A stretch of DNA of 64,000 bases from Camelus dromedarius (Eukaryota): the NCBI RefSeq assembly GCF_036321535.1, contig NC_087436.1:91824001-91888000 (forward strand), written 5' to 3'. Shown here piece after piece: positions 1 to 12,535 of the stretch. Below the pieces are notes generated by a model. It worked only from the letters and a program-made list of their open reading frames with translations. It had not been told where the DNA came from and did not search any database. Positions within the stretch are counted from its first letter, which is position 1; each line of letters opens with the position of its first letter. The translations under genes and the position numbers were made by a program.

Positions 1-3000
1 TCCTTTCACATGAGCATATGAGCAACTTCAATCTGGACACACTAGTAACACTCCTTAATTTATAGGTGTTTTCTAAAGGAAAACAACCATTTGCTTCAAG
101 TAATTGCTAACCTAATATGTTAAAAAAGCCCTTCAATAAAGCAATCAGTTTTCCCCCAAAACTGATCATGATTTTAAAGCACTTAGTTCTAAGACACCAT
201 TCTTTGCCTGTAGATGTGCTCAGCATGCATTAGATGTCTATGTTTTCATGAGCAAAGATTATTATTCTTTTATTCATAAGTTTACAAAATTGCTTATTTT
301 AATTTTCTTCTGTAGTTTCTTCACTTACCCTTTCAGATGTTAGTGCAAACATCCTTTAGACTACTCAACAATATTTATGGTCCAGCTCAAAACTATTCTA
401 CCAGCTTGACTTCACTCAGCTCATTTAATATTCAATTTCAGTTCCTGCTTAAATTCCAATGTTCAGAGGTTATTATTAGACATCACAACTATATATTTAA
501 CGTTTACTTGGAATTCCAAAGGTACTCACTGGTTTTTAAGGCCACTTATTCAATCACAGATTACTCATAAATACCACTGCAGAGGAAGCTCTTGAACTTC
601 TAGAAACATGGACGTTAGCAGGTAGGTAATCTGCCTCACTTCATCCTGAAGATCTAAATTGTTCAGAAGTCTCTTTACTTTATTTGACTTATCACTAGCT
701 AACAGCTGGTATGCTTTATTCCAAAGTGTTTTTTGGAAGTGATCATTTAGGTACCTGATAGAACCCAGTACGCAGATGTATAATAAAATAATGAGCTAAC
801 GGCTTTAATTTATGCGGTTGATGCCTGTTTTTCTTCAGTGCTCCCCTTAGATACTTCATTTGATTATCTTTGGTGGTTCTGCAAAAAGATGACTGATACA
901 TCAATAAAGGTGCTTAGTACCAAACTTCATATGTTCGGTGACTCCAAGAAATCCAAGCCAAAGAACTATCAAATAATGATAGCGGGCAGTCCACATGCTG
1001 TCATTTTCTATCAAATTCTATTTAACATGAAAACAGTTTCAAGCCGCATGCTGGAAAAACTCACCTATTAAAATACACCATTTTTAGCAACACTGAGTGT
1101 GATCGATTTTTCTTTCTGTTACTTCCTGTGAGGCTTGGTGACTCTTTTTCGCCCTGATTTGTTTATACTTCAAAATGATAAACAGATTGATTCTGACCAA
1201 AAAGTCAGAACAGGAAATTATATTCAGTAGTCTATCCATATTTGGCTTAAGACTGTCAACTACAATTTGAGTAGAGGAGACAGAAAGACATTTAACTTAT
1301 ATTTATAAATATTACTTCTAAACATTAAATTGAAGATTTTATTTAAAGGCCTAAATAAATATTATATTTCATAGTTTTTATTTCATTAAAGGTATTTATA
1401 AAAATAGTACATTATATAATTACCTGAAATAGATATACCTGGCTTCCATCCACTTTTCATCTGCAAGCCAATGAACTTCAAGGCCCTGACCTCTGACGCG
1501 TCTAGCACTGTGTTTTAAAGCTATAATTAAAGGACAAGGTCAATCTCTTCATGAGGCCTTTCAATTTAATGGGAATGAGCTAGTAGACATCTTCGGTACC
1601 AAGGGGAAAGATTTTGAAATTAGAATTCAAGCCAATGTGTAGCATAGTGAGGCTTGTTGCTGCATCTTGAGCAGGACTTCCGATATCCTATTCTAAAAGT
1701 CCTATGTTGTCTGTAGCTTTTTATCTTTTACAAAATGCTTCAACATATTTTGCCTCATATCCACCTCACAACAATTCTATGACAAAAGTAACAGAACATT
1801 GTTAAGCCACATTCTGCTGAGAAGAAAAATGTCAATGAGATTAACAGGTCATTCAAGATCACTCCTGTCAAGTTGGAACCCAAGTTACCCTATTGTTCTG
1901 TGTCTTTTCAGAAGTACAGACAAATCAACATGTACAGGTGGATTTTGCTAGGCACCTAATGCTATAAATTGCAAGAAACAATAAAAAACTATTTTATAAA
2001 TAAAGAAATCTTTTTACTTGCTTGTAAGAAAGGCATTATGTGAGTTTAAAGTAAATTTCAATTAGTGCTTTATTGTAAGGTGAGAATTTCTGTTTGCTTC
2101 TTCTCTTACACACATAATTACCAGTGCATGGAAATCAAGATTCACAGTGTAGAGTGAGCTTCTCATCCTGCCTCTATTACCACGAAGCTTTGCTTAAAGT
2201 GAAGCCTCTACTGGTTTTGAAAAGAGCTTTGGGAGTTTAAATCAACTTCAGGAGCTTCAGAAATAGATGGGGTTCTGGTTCTTCAGATTTGAAAATCCAG
2301 TGCAGAGTAGTTTTAATCCCCTTGATTTGAACTTAATACTTAGGTAATGATTTTTTTTTTCCATCATAGAGTTAATAACTAAGATCTGCAGGCATTTGCT
2401 TTCTCCTGGAATCTGAGTGATTCAATGTATTGGACATATGGATGTATAAAATATTTTTCCAAAATACGATAATTTTTTCAAAAAGTTTATAAATTACCCT
2501 AAGTATCCTTGTATGAGCATCACCCCCACGCTTTATGTTCAGTCAGTGTCTGCTTTCATACACAGGAGACAAACATGGCAAAAAAAAAATTTCTCTCTCT
2601 CCTGTGCACCCTGAAAAGTGCACAAAAGGGATGCACTTTTCATGCATGTCAGCATGAGGCCTTGTTTCTCTGTCAACATAGAGTAATTCAACATGGAAGC
2701 ACAAATTCCAACTCTAACTAACTTTCTAATGAGATCCTCAGACTGAACCTGATTAGCTCCATTTTAAAAACCCACAGGATATTAGCACTGTGTGAAGAAT
2801 GTTATTTGGTCTGTGTGTGCATAGAATTACCAAGTTAAAAGTAGTTGCTCCAAGTGGTTCTGGAAGCTGACTGAAGCTGTGATTTTCTTTGTGATGTCAT
2901 TTTTCTGCACAATCCCCTTCTTCTGAACTCCAGAAATAAATATTTATGCACACATGTGTGCACCTGTGCATACACATGAAAAATATTTCAGCTCTTACCA

Positions 3001-3524
3001 GAAGTTATCCAATGACAACTATCTCTGGTTGATTTGACAACAGATGACCGACCCTGTATCTTCTAAGGGAATATCCTTTCATTCCTACCTTCTCAGAGAA
3101 TGTCTCCACTTGAACTTTATCTGTATGTGCTGCCTGGCGACTAATCCAGACCATCCATGTTACCTGCATATAGGATTAATTCAACCCATCTTACATGTCA
3201 TACAAAATGCTTCACCGTTTAGCTATAAATGATCCTGTCAGCTTCATCTCTGGGTACCACCCAAATATGTTCTTTACACCCATGGAAAACACCTCGTATT
3301 TTCTAAACACAACAGACTCTTCTCTCACCTGTGTTTTTGCAGAGTCTGCCCCTCTATTCACAACGCTGAATCTGGGTATTTCTACATCCCACCTCCTCGG
3401 TGAACCTTATTTCAGCCCTAAACGCTGCTGTGCTTGCTTGCCGCACTGCTCCCATAAAGCCTGGAACAAACCTCTCTTACAGCATGAATCGCACTGAATT
3501 GGGATGAGCTGTTTGCTTGTGTGT

Positions 3525-3650
3525 CCCTTTCATTTTATCAGAGGATTTTGAGATGATAGACCACTCGTGCTTATATGCCTAATGTCCAGCTATTGCTTGG
3601 CACATAGTAGGCCTTCATTAATGCCTGTGGAACCAATAAATAAATGAAAT
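3525..3650 (+). mobile_element. L2 LINE 3' tail remnant
   Basis: 'cttggcacatagtaggccttcattaatgcctgtggaaccaataaataaatgaa' resembles the L2 terminal motif (cctggcacatagtaggcgctcaataaat...(atga)n). Confidence 0.5.
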
Positions 3651-5702
3651 GAGGAGTAAAAGCCATGTGTTTATAACTGAAATCTGGAAAGCCTCCCCCA
3701 CTACACTGCGCTGACTTGGTTAATCCTAAAATCCTGTCTCTCGGTTTCTGGGTGTCTTCCCTGTGCAGCCAGTCATGAGGCCACTTCAACCTCAATTTAA
3801 ACTTTCACTTAACTCAGGTGGCATGAATCCCACCCTTCCTTCACTTCAGTTTGGTTTGAGTTAAAATAGATTCATTAATTCATTCACTCATGCATTTATC
3901 CAGCCCATGCTTCAACCCCTACTGAGCTCATCTGGGACAGGAGCCCCATCTCAGTGGTACTTTCTGTTCCAGTTTCCTTCTGCTCCACACACATAGCTTA
4001 GAAGGCTCCTGACTGGGCAGTCCAGACAAGCCGATCTGACTCTTCCTTAGTTTTTCCTGTAGTGTTTTTGGGGTTTTTTTGGACATTTAGTAGTCTAGTA
4101 TAACAGCCTAAAAACAGATCACATTTTTCCTATTCTTCCTACATTTACTTTACTACCCCAAGTTCATCACTTAAATTCATTTTCAGTAACTTCAGAGGAA
4201 CAAAGCACTAAACTATAGAGGGTCAACTAAATACATAACAGTTTGCAATGTTGCCGTTAACAGGAATAAACATTTGCTAATTCCTATTTTAAGCTCAAGT
4301 CATTTCATCAAGTCCCCTTGAGAATTCTGATGGAGCTGCAGGATTTTCTACTCTCGGGTGCATTTTTAAATAACCAGGTACGCTGCAGAGATGGTGTTTT
4401 TTCTTCCCAATGTGTCATTGGAATCTAACCCAGAGAAAACTCAGATCACAATCTCTTCATTCCAGGGACCTGGAAAAGTTTAAAGGAAATAGTGGAACAA
4501 GCCAGGCAGACTCCATAACATGAAGAAATGAGCAGCCAGAGCCAATTTTCTGGCAGAAACCAGAAATTTAAAAAAAAGAGAGAGGAAATCAGTGGAGATG
4601 TGGCTTGGGGACATTCTTGGCCCCTCAGTTTGACTAGACAACCTGGATAAGGGGAAGGATAATTGTTTCCCCTCTGAGGTGTCGGGACACAGTCCTTCTA
4701 ATATCAGTGAAATACACACGTAGGAGGAAGAGATTTTGATTATCTTTTTAACCGTGCATGGCGAAAATAGTTTTGCCTGAGAGATTTTGATCAGTCTTTC
4801 CTCAGGCTATTCATTTCAAACATGGGTAGTATTTTAGACTAAACTGAGCAAGCAAAGGAGTAATTGGGACTTTCTTCTCCTTGAGGAACAGATGCAAGCC
4901 AGCTGCTTCTCTGAGGCCCGGCTTCAAGGTCTTCTGATAAGCAGGGGAGGTCCATCTTTGCAGGGGACTAACAGTTCTGCCTTACCATCCAGAATCATCC
5001 CCAAATAATATATTTTATCAGATGTAAAGTGGCAATTTTTCCTTTTGATAAGGTATCTCAGAGTATATTCAGACTTGAGGCTAGCCTAGAAATGAATTTT
5101 ATTCCATTCTTACTGTAGAAACTGCTTCCCAAAGATCCACGTGCAATGAATAAGGTAAACCAACCATCTTCACCATGGTAGCAGGAATTCTCACCAAAGA
5201 AAAATAACTTTGATCCTCTAATCTGACTCTCCAAACTGTTAGGGCTCCTTGTCTTTTTGTATCTGGAAATTCAGCCTGATGGAAACCCTGAGAAGAAACG
5301 CGTAATGAGCTTGTGGAGAGCAGCAATTTTGTCACAGTCGAATTGCTAAAGGAATTGAAATAGAGTTTTCTCTCATTGTTGCTCTCCCAAAATATCACAT
5401 TGGACCCTTGATTTTCTGCCTTCCTTCCTCCAGAATGCCTTCTTTCCACTCAGGTCCACCTGGCTTCAAAGCATTAGAATAGTTCCTTGCAGTGAAACTA
5501 TCATATTTTTGAGAAATGGTTCTATTTCTAAACACTTAGGGACACTTATTCTCCCTTAAATTATTCATGTCTTTTAATACCTTCTGTTTCCCTAAATATA
5601 TATTAAAGCCTATCTTATTCCATCTTATATGCGCAGTACTCAGAACACACTCCTACACACAGTAGATGATTATAAACAATATTTTTTCAACAATTCCACG
5701 TT

Positions 5703-5945
5703 GAGACAGTATTGCAGGATGGTTAACAGCAGAGCTCTGAAACTCTCTTGCCTTATTTTGAAATCCGGCATCACTATTTCTTCACTGTGTGACCTTGGAC
5801 AAATTGTTTAATTGTCACGCACCTGGATTTCCTCGCCCATAAAATGGATACGATGATCATAGACTCCTCCAAAGGTGGTTGTGAGAATAAAATGAGCTAA
5901 TACATACATGGTGTCTAGCACAAAGTAAATGTTCTATAAGCATTA
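5703..5945 (+). mobile_element. MIR SINE
   Basis: Core 'ctgtgtgaccttggacaaattgtttaa...tttcctcgcccataaaatgga...ggttgtgagaataaaatgagctaatacat' matches the MIR core. Confidence 0.75.
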
Positions 5946-5984
5946 AAAATTACTAAACAAAGGAACAGTTTCTATACGAAGCTC

Positions 5985-6095
5985 TGATATGTGCTGGACA
6001 CTGTACTAAGTGTTTTACGTGTGTTATTTGATATAAATTTCAGTAAAATATGATAACATATATGTTATCAATATTCTAAAGGTAAGGAAGCTGAT
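5985..6095 (-). mobile_element. MIR SINE fragment (antisense) running into the tandem array
   Basis: 'atgtgctggacactgtactaagtgttttacgtgtgttattt...ggtaaggaagctga' is reverse-complement MIR-like. Confidence 0.5.
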
Positions 6096-6680
6096 AATCA
6101 GAAGACACGAAAAGTAAGAGAGTATGTAGTAGAATAAACATTGAATCCAGCTGTTAAATTTTTTTTTCTTTTTTTTCTCCTTTGTTTATATACACTGATA
6201 CTTACAGGTATACACTGGGTACTCAGAACTTCTTACATATATGCCATGTGATCTCCATAATGATCCTTAATAATCAAAAGATACAAAATAATGATCAGGA
6301 GATAAAAAAAAAAAGAAGGGAGTATATAGTAGAATTAGGATTGAATCCAGATGTTTGATTACTTTTTAATTTTTTTCTTTGTCTATACACACTGATACCT
6401 ATAAGTATACAAGGGTACTCAGAACTTTTTACATGTATCATTTCATGTGATCTTCATAATGATCCTTAAAAATCAGAAGACACAAAATAATGATCAGAAG
6501 ACAAAAAATTAGGAAGTGTATTGTACAATTAGGATTCAATCTAGATGTTTGATTGTTCTGATTAATTTTTTTTCTTTGTCTATATACACTGATACCTAAG
6601 AGTATGTATTAGATATTCAGGGCCTTTTACATACAGCATTTCATGTGATCTTCATAGTGATCCTTTCACAGTCAGAGGTA
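6095..6680. repeat. Degenerate tandem array, about 3 copies of a 194-200 bp unit
   Basis: Anchor ttgaatccag at 6141 and 6341 and ttcaatctag at 6535. Each unit has 'tttgt.tata.acactgatac', 'catgtgatct.cata.tgatcctt' and 'aatca.aaga.ac'. Confidence 0.9.
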
Positions 6681-8610
6681 TTATTATTCTTGTTTTACTG
6701 GTGAGGGCACTCATGCTTGTAAACACTAGTTTAAATTCAAAAGTCAAATAGCATATTTCAGAGACAAAATTGTGAAGCGTGTCACTCCTCTCCGAAGCCA
6801 GGGCTCTTTCGGCCCCACAAAGCGTGATGCGGGCTCTTCTCTTCGCCCATTGCCCGTGAGCACTCCTACCGTTCATTTAGTGAGAGTGAGCACCTGACGT
6901 TTCCCTTGAGAATCTGAACATGTCCTTTCTGAACAGTGCAATGTTCCCAGTAATGACCGATTTTCCTCTGTTAGATCACGTGGAGCCGAGGAATCACCAG
7001 AGGGTTTTGTTTTGCATGTCCCAGACTTCCTTCTTTACCTCCATCCACAGGCATTCCGTGACTGGCCTCATCCGTCACTATCTGAAAAGCCTGTCACTGG
7101 CTTTCATGAATCACAGAAGACCTGAAACATTCATGCAAGAACATCATCTGTTTCTTTGTACTTGCCCACCCCTGGACTTGTGGCCAGACCATGTTGCCAG
7201 AAGCCACATTTAATTGCCAACTGTATCAAGCATGTTTATGCCCTCTTTATAGAAGTTTTAGATCTACCAGAGTGGATAAGAAATAAGTAAAATTATACTT
7301 TGAAATTCTGTAAGCAAAAATAAGAGGCACATGAAGAAATTCGTGTGTTATTTAGAAATTTTTAACAGCAGAAAAAGAAAAAAATATTTGTATTGGTAAC
7401 TGAAAATCTATTCTTAATAATAATTAATCACGGTTGTTAGGAATAAAGTAATTTAGAGAAATAATCCTGTATTATTACACTAATACATTTTTCTTCTAAC
7501 AAAAATGACTCTGAGAAAATACTATTTGTTTAGCTTATTAACAATTTCTTTCTTGTCTTATTATCTTGACTGCTAATAACCACCACTTCATGGGAAATTA
7601 TTACTATTTCTGCCACATTTTATATGCTAACTCACCCCAAAGTCATTTTAATCATCTGACCAGTTGTTAGTATTTAGTATCATTTCTATGGATATCATAG
7701 AAATGACAGCAAATATTATCCATAGTGATACCACATAAATATATATATGTATTTACATATATGTATATAATATAAAAATATTTGCTTGGGAAATGCCAAA
7801 AAAGACTATAATTTTCTCTTCTTACTATCATAGTAGTTATATATGGTGGCATAAAAAAGAATAATGCAAACCAGAAACATGCTATGAATGTTGATCAAGG
7901 TGTTAAAGATTGCATTTTTTACTTAAATGGCTATTCTTTGGGGACTCCCTTCAGAAACACTTACCAGCCAAGGTGACAATTCCATTAGCATTTGCTGCAT
8001 CTATTTCTTGAAACTTTGTGTAATCCCTGTGTACGGTTTTTCAATTTGTTTCTTTTTTTCACATGTACTCAAACTAAAACATATAATGAACTAATTCAAA
8101 CAGAAGGTTTCCAGATACAGTAATAATTCCTCACATTTGTATGCAGCAATAATATCCTTCTTCTAAAACATCCCGTCGGTACCAGGTATTGTTTATTAAG
8201 AGATCTTGAACTTCCTATTATCTCTAGTTCCAGACCACTGTCACTCAATTTACTTTCTCATCACTCATGAAAGTATGGATACTTTTGAGTTGAAATAATA
8301 AAATAGAATAAACACCAAACTCTACCTATGCAACATATATGGCACTTCAAATTGGGATACAAATACTTTCTGTAATCCATAAAAGTAGAGTTGGCTAATC
8401 AAACACCAAATAGTTAAAAGTCTGTCTATTTGAGGCTGGGCCAGGATTCCAGTATCTGCAGCCCTGCTCTGCCAGCTGGGGCCACTGAAACCACACGGCT
8501 TGCTCAGCACTGCTTTTGTAGCTGGGATGACGCTAAACTGAAGGCAAAACTATTTGGAGTTGCTCTAGCGCCATGATTCTGTTCATCTGGGCTTTGTCGG
8601 TTATATCTAC

Positions 8611-9005
8611 TGTCAAAGAAAACTGGATAGCAGTTAAAGTGGTAAAAACAGGCTCTATTCAGGAACTATCACCACAGAGGGAAAGAGGCCTCAGTAGAGA
8701 ACTGGGCTCAGTTCAAATACAGCAAAGACAGGTGGGGACTTAAAACCAAAGGTCAATTTGGGGAGTTGGGAGATGGCTATATTAGGGGGATTCTGGCTAA
8801 GCCGACCTGACAGTGTTCTTACTGAAGGCCAGGGTGACCAGATATTAAAGGTGGGGGATTCTTGCTAAACAGACTTGGCAGGATTCTGCAGGATTCTTGC
8901 TTAAACTGGACCGTATAATGACAAACACGGAAACCCAAAGATGGAGGCTGAGAAAGGGGTTCAGGGGAACTGACTGAAGTTTGTTCAAGGAGTGAATCTT
9001 TGTCA
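8611..9005 (-). mobile_element. ERV1-class solo LTR, MER31/MER67-like
   Basis: TGTCA...TGTCA termini. The reverse complement starts 'tgacaaagattcactccttgaacaaacttcagtcag', like the recalled MER31 5' end. Flanks ctac/ccac form a near 4-bp TSD. Confidence 0.8.
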
Positions 9006-9174
9006 CCACTCCATCAACCCCACGGGGCCTAAAACTAATATAAGGCCCATGCTTCGGATTAGCTTCGCTTTGGTATTTTTAGGTCCCCTTTGAGGGAGTG
9101 CTGGACAGATCATGAAATCTCAGAGATCATGCTACTTCTTAACAGAAATTTGTCCCAAATGTCTCCATGGGAGA

Positions 9175-9415
9175 CATTGGTTCCCTCAGAAGTAGACCTC
9201 AAGACCGGATGTCAGTCAGAGCAGTTTACTGAGCCTGTGGTGCTGGGAAGCACCAGTAGGGCACTGGGGAGGTGAGGGGAGGGAAGACGGGAATGAAGAG
9301 TGCTTCATCAAAAAGGATGCCACTGTGGGTACTGGAGCTCGGTCCTCACGGGGGACAAGGAAGCTAGGGGATTTACCCACTAACTCTGATGAGTCACTGA
9401 TTGAGGACTGTCCTT
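9175..9415 (-). mobile_element. ERVL LTR fragment, LTR33-like
   Basis: 'ggttccctcagaagtagacctcaagac...gcagtttactgag...gggaagcaccagtaggg...ggaggtgaggggagggaag...ccactgtgggtactggagctc' follows the recalled LTR33 antisense layout. Confidence 0.6.
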
Positions 9416-9706
9416 GCAGAATGGTTAGTTCTCCCATGCACGTGGACATAATGGGCTTCAGTAGTCGAAGAAAAACCCTGAGACCACTTGCTTTTTCTCT
9501 GAATAGAAAGCCTCAGTTTCAGGAAAATACTGAGTGTCCAGGGTTATATGATGGGGCACTGACATAGTCTACATTTATGAATCTTTGCTTTCCTTTTGTC
9601 TACTCTGCCCTGAGATCCACTTGTTTATAATAAGAACTCAGTATTTCCTCATGGGAATCTAATGGCAACTGTCAACCTCGTCTACAGTAGCTTGTTTTGG
9701 CTCTAC

Positions 9707-10144
9707 ATTTTTAAGATAAGTTTATTGAGATATATATTTATACACAGAAAGGTTTACTTTTATTTTAATATGAACAATTATTTCAAATTTTGGCAACTCC
9801 AAGCAACCATGTAACCACCATTCAGTTAAGATGAGAATATTTCCATCACCCTAAAAAGTATGTTTCTTTATATCCAATTTTTTTCTCTCACATCCAGGCC
9901 TTAGACACCGATGATCTGATTTCTGTCTTTTCCTAAATTTAATATAAATGGGATCACACAGTATGTAATCTTTTGTGTCTGGCTCCTTGCACTTAACATA
10001 ATGCTTTCAAGGTTCATTTGTGTTTTTCCAAGTACTAGTAGCCTGATCCTTTTTATTGCTGAAAGTCATTCCATCATTTGGATGTACTACAACTTCTTTG
10101 CCCATCCACCAGCTGATGGATGTTTGGGGTTGTTTCCATTTTGG
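9707..10144 (-). mobile_element. Old L1 (L1MB/L1MC-type) 3' end fragment
   Basis: 'tttattgagatata...catgtaaccacc...atatttccatcaccc...atataaatgggatcacacagtatgtaatcttttgtgtctggct...gatggatgtttggggttgtttcca' is a typical antisense L1 3' UTR. Confidence 0.85.
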
Positions 10145-10433
10145 AGGAGGCTTCTCTGCTCCAAATTCTAACTTTTTGTTTTGTTCGACCTCACTATGTG
10201 TCTGTCACACGAACTTTCATTCTGTAACAAAAGCCCCTCTGGCATTTCCTCAGTTCAATTCCCTGCCTTTTGCTTTGTCCGACAATAAGTCATCCTCTTT
10301 GCTTTCTACTCTCCTGTCATTTCTGTCTTCTCTCACCCCTACTAACACCCAGATTTCCAACAGATTCCCGTTCATTTTAAGAAGAGCTTAGCAATTTCTC
10401 TCATTTCCCAAGTTCCTGATAACTCTGTGATCC

Positions 10434-11465
10434 TGACACAGGAATAAAGTGTGCAGCTAGAGGATGACCGTGTCCTAGGTCTTGGTGTGAGTCCCTGGGA
10501 TGCGCCCCACCAACTGTGGGTGCTTGACTTCGTGCAGGAAAGAATTCAAGAGCAAGCACAGTTGAGTAAAGGTAGATTTGTTCAGAGAGATACATACCCC
10601 ATTGACAGAGTGCAGGCTGTTTCAGGAGGCAAGAGAGAGGCCACGAGGTGTGGGGTTGGGTGCTCAGTTTAAAGTAAAAGTAATTACACACTCAGTAGAG
10701 TGTGGGCTGTCTCACTCAAAAGGGAGAGGGGCCATGAGGAGTGGGGGTTGTTAGTTTTCATGGGCTCAGTATCTTTACATGCTAACAAGTGGGAGGATTA
10801 TTCCAACTACTTTGGGTGAAGGGGCAGAGATTCCCAGGAATTGGGCCATCATGTGAAGGAAAAGCTGGGTTGGTCTAAAAAGATAACTCACAAATCTAAG
10901 TATTGGAATACTGATCTGAGTTCTGCTAGACTAACTTGTAAATCTAGGTTAATTAGTGTTGGTTTGCTGTTTATGTGTTTTTGCTAGCCAGCTGGATTTT
11001 CAAAGATACATATCTGGCTTTGGAATGTTGGTTCGCTGCCTCCCCGCCTCAACTTTTGTGATGATAATGCTGCTAAAGCTGTTCCATGCCTGTTGGCTGA
11101 ATACCCCAAGCTTGTACTTTACCCTATAAAACCTCATGTGCACATCTTGAAGGTGCTCAGAGCTTCGGAGCAGAAGCCCCTCTGAGCCTGCCAGCGTAAT
11201 ACATCTGAGTACTCCTACCCTCCGAGTGGTGCTTGTTTCTTGACTGGCCTGTCGTTTCCGTAACAATCACTCATGCTTTGACCTTTTACGATCATCCTTA
11301 AAACTGTCCTGCACCCCTGGGAGGGCCATTTAGCATGCTACTGTATTTCAATGAGCATATATTGAAGCTCAAAGTCCACTGGGAGTTGAATCTTCCACCA
11401 TCTTGGTGCTAATTGCTGTGTCATTCTTTTAATGACCGTGTCCCGCCCTCTTCCCTCCTGTCTCA
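10434..11465 (-). mobile_element. MER41-like ERV1 solo LTR, interrupted by a nested LTR at 10852-11265
   Basis: TG...CA termini (tgacac / gtctca) with flanks gatcc/gttcc (5 bp, 1 mismatch). It is collinear in inverted orientation with 12536-13169 and shares recalled MER41 landmarks (gctcatt..a..tagcatgcta; gaattctttcct). Confidence 0.85.
10852..11265 (+). mobile_element. Nested solo LTR (414 bp, ERV1-type) with perfect 4-bp TSD
   Basis: Begins TGTGAAGG and ends CCGTAACA, with ATCA at 10848-10851 and 11266-11269. It has a TATA-like 'ctataaaa' near 11125 and a polyA-like 'aataca' near 11198. The host LTR resumes after it. Confidence 0.9.
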
Positions 11466-11861
11466 GTTCCATGACCTCATCTTCCCACAGTTGCTCTCTT
11501 CCTCTTAGCAGATGAGCAAAGACAGGTCCCTTGCTAAAAGGAATGGATAATGTCAATAAATGGTAGGTATCAATAGTACTTTCTTCCCCACTGACAGTGA
11601 GTCTGGAAGCCAAAAATCAGTCAATTTTAAAACACAGAATTCATTTTGGAGCATTAGAGACAGGAATAGAAATTAGTGAAGGGTGGGAAAATAAACTGAA
11701 ACAAAGAAAGCAGGAAAGAGTCAATGTGAAGGGAAACGCTAATTTGTTTTTTGGTTTTATTATAAAATATGGGTATAAGGGAACTTAAGCCTAAAGAAGG
11801 GGGGAAAAAGAGAGAGAGAATTCAGGATAAGAAATCATTGTGAGAACAAGATCGCTATAAA

Positions 11862-12426
11862 TGTTACCAAACACAAGTTCGTGCCCATCATGCACAGTGA
11901 GGCCAAACAAACAGAAACATCAGAGTTTGGGGCAGAGAAACCTTTACTTCAGGGCCAAGAGAGGAGGATGGGTGGCTCGTGTTCAGAAAACCCCAACTCC
12001 TCAATGGTTTTGGAGAAGAGTTTATAGGCAAAATTTGGGGTGAGGGCTGTAGGGCGTGCGACTTTCTTCGGCTGGGTTGTTGGTGAGATAACAGGGTGGT
12101 GTTCCAGGACTCCTGAGCTCAGCCTGAAGCTGCCATCCTCCACCTGGCTGGGGGGCTTAGTTCCTGCAGAACTGGAAGGTATTGTTATGTATATTCATTG
12201 AGGAGGAACCGGACCTCTGCCCCAAGGCTGCACTATTGTCTCTTGACTGCTCCTCCTTTCTTTCTACATTCCCTCCCTTCCCTGATTAGCAATTGTTTAA
12301 ATTTGCCCTTTGAAGCTCAGGGAAGCTGGAGGAGGCTGAATGAAGCCTGCTTCCTACAAACAAGAAGCCGGGGACAAGGAAAGGGCTTGTGCCAGGGAAG
12401 GCCCTATAGGATCCTTCTCCATTTTG
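11862..12426 (-). mobile_element. ERV1-class solo LTR of cetartiodactyl type
   Basis: Starts TGTTACC, flanked by TAAA at 11858-11861 and 12427-12430 (4-bp TSD). About 565 bp, with a decayed antisense polyA signal near 11943. The right terminus reads tg instead of ca. Confidence 0.8.
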
Positions 12427-12535
12427 TAAAAATATAAGGGTACAGCAGATACATGATGTGTGTGTCCATGCTAAGACCCGAGGTCCAGAGAATTCTTAGG
12501 TTTCTGTTTATTACAGAAACCTACTCTTGTCTTAC

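Noticed and set aside
2612..2642. 11-bp-stem hairpin tgaaaagtgca-N9-tgcacttttca; also 10-bp stems at 44998-45023 and 63453-63476, and a 16-bp palindrome at 2947-2962
   Set aside because: These are too short for pre-miRNAs, a few are expected by chance in 64 kb of biased sequence, and bacterial terminator logic does not apply.
6916..6925. p53-type half-site GAACATGTCC
   Set aside because: Only one half-site is present, with no adjacent second decamer.
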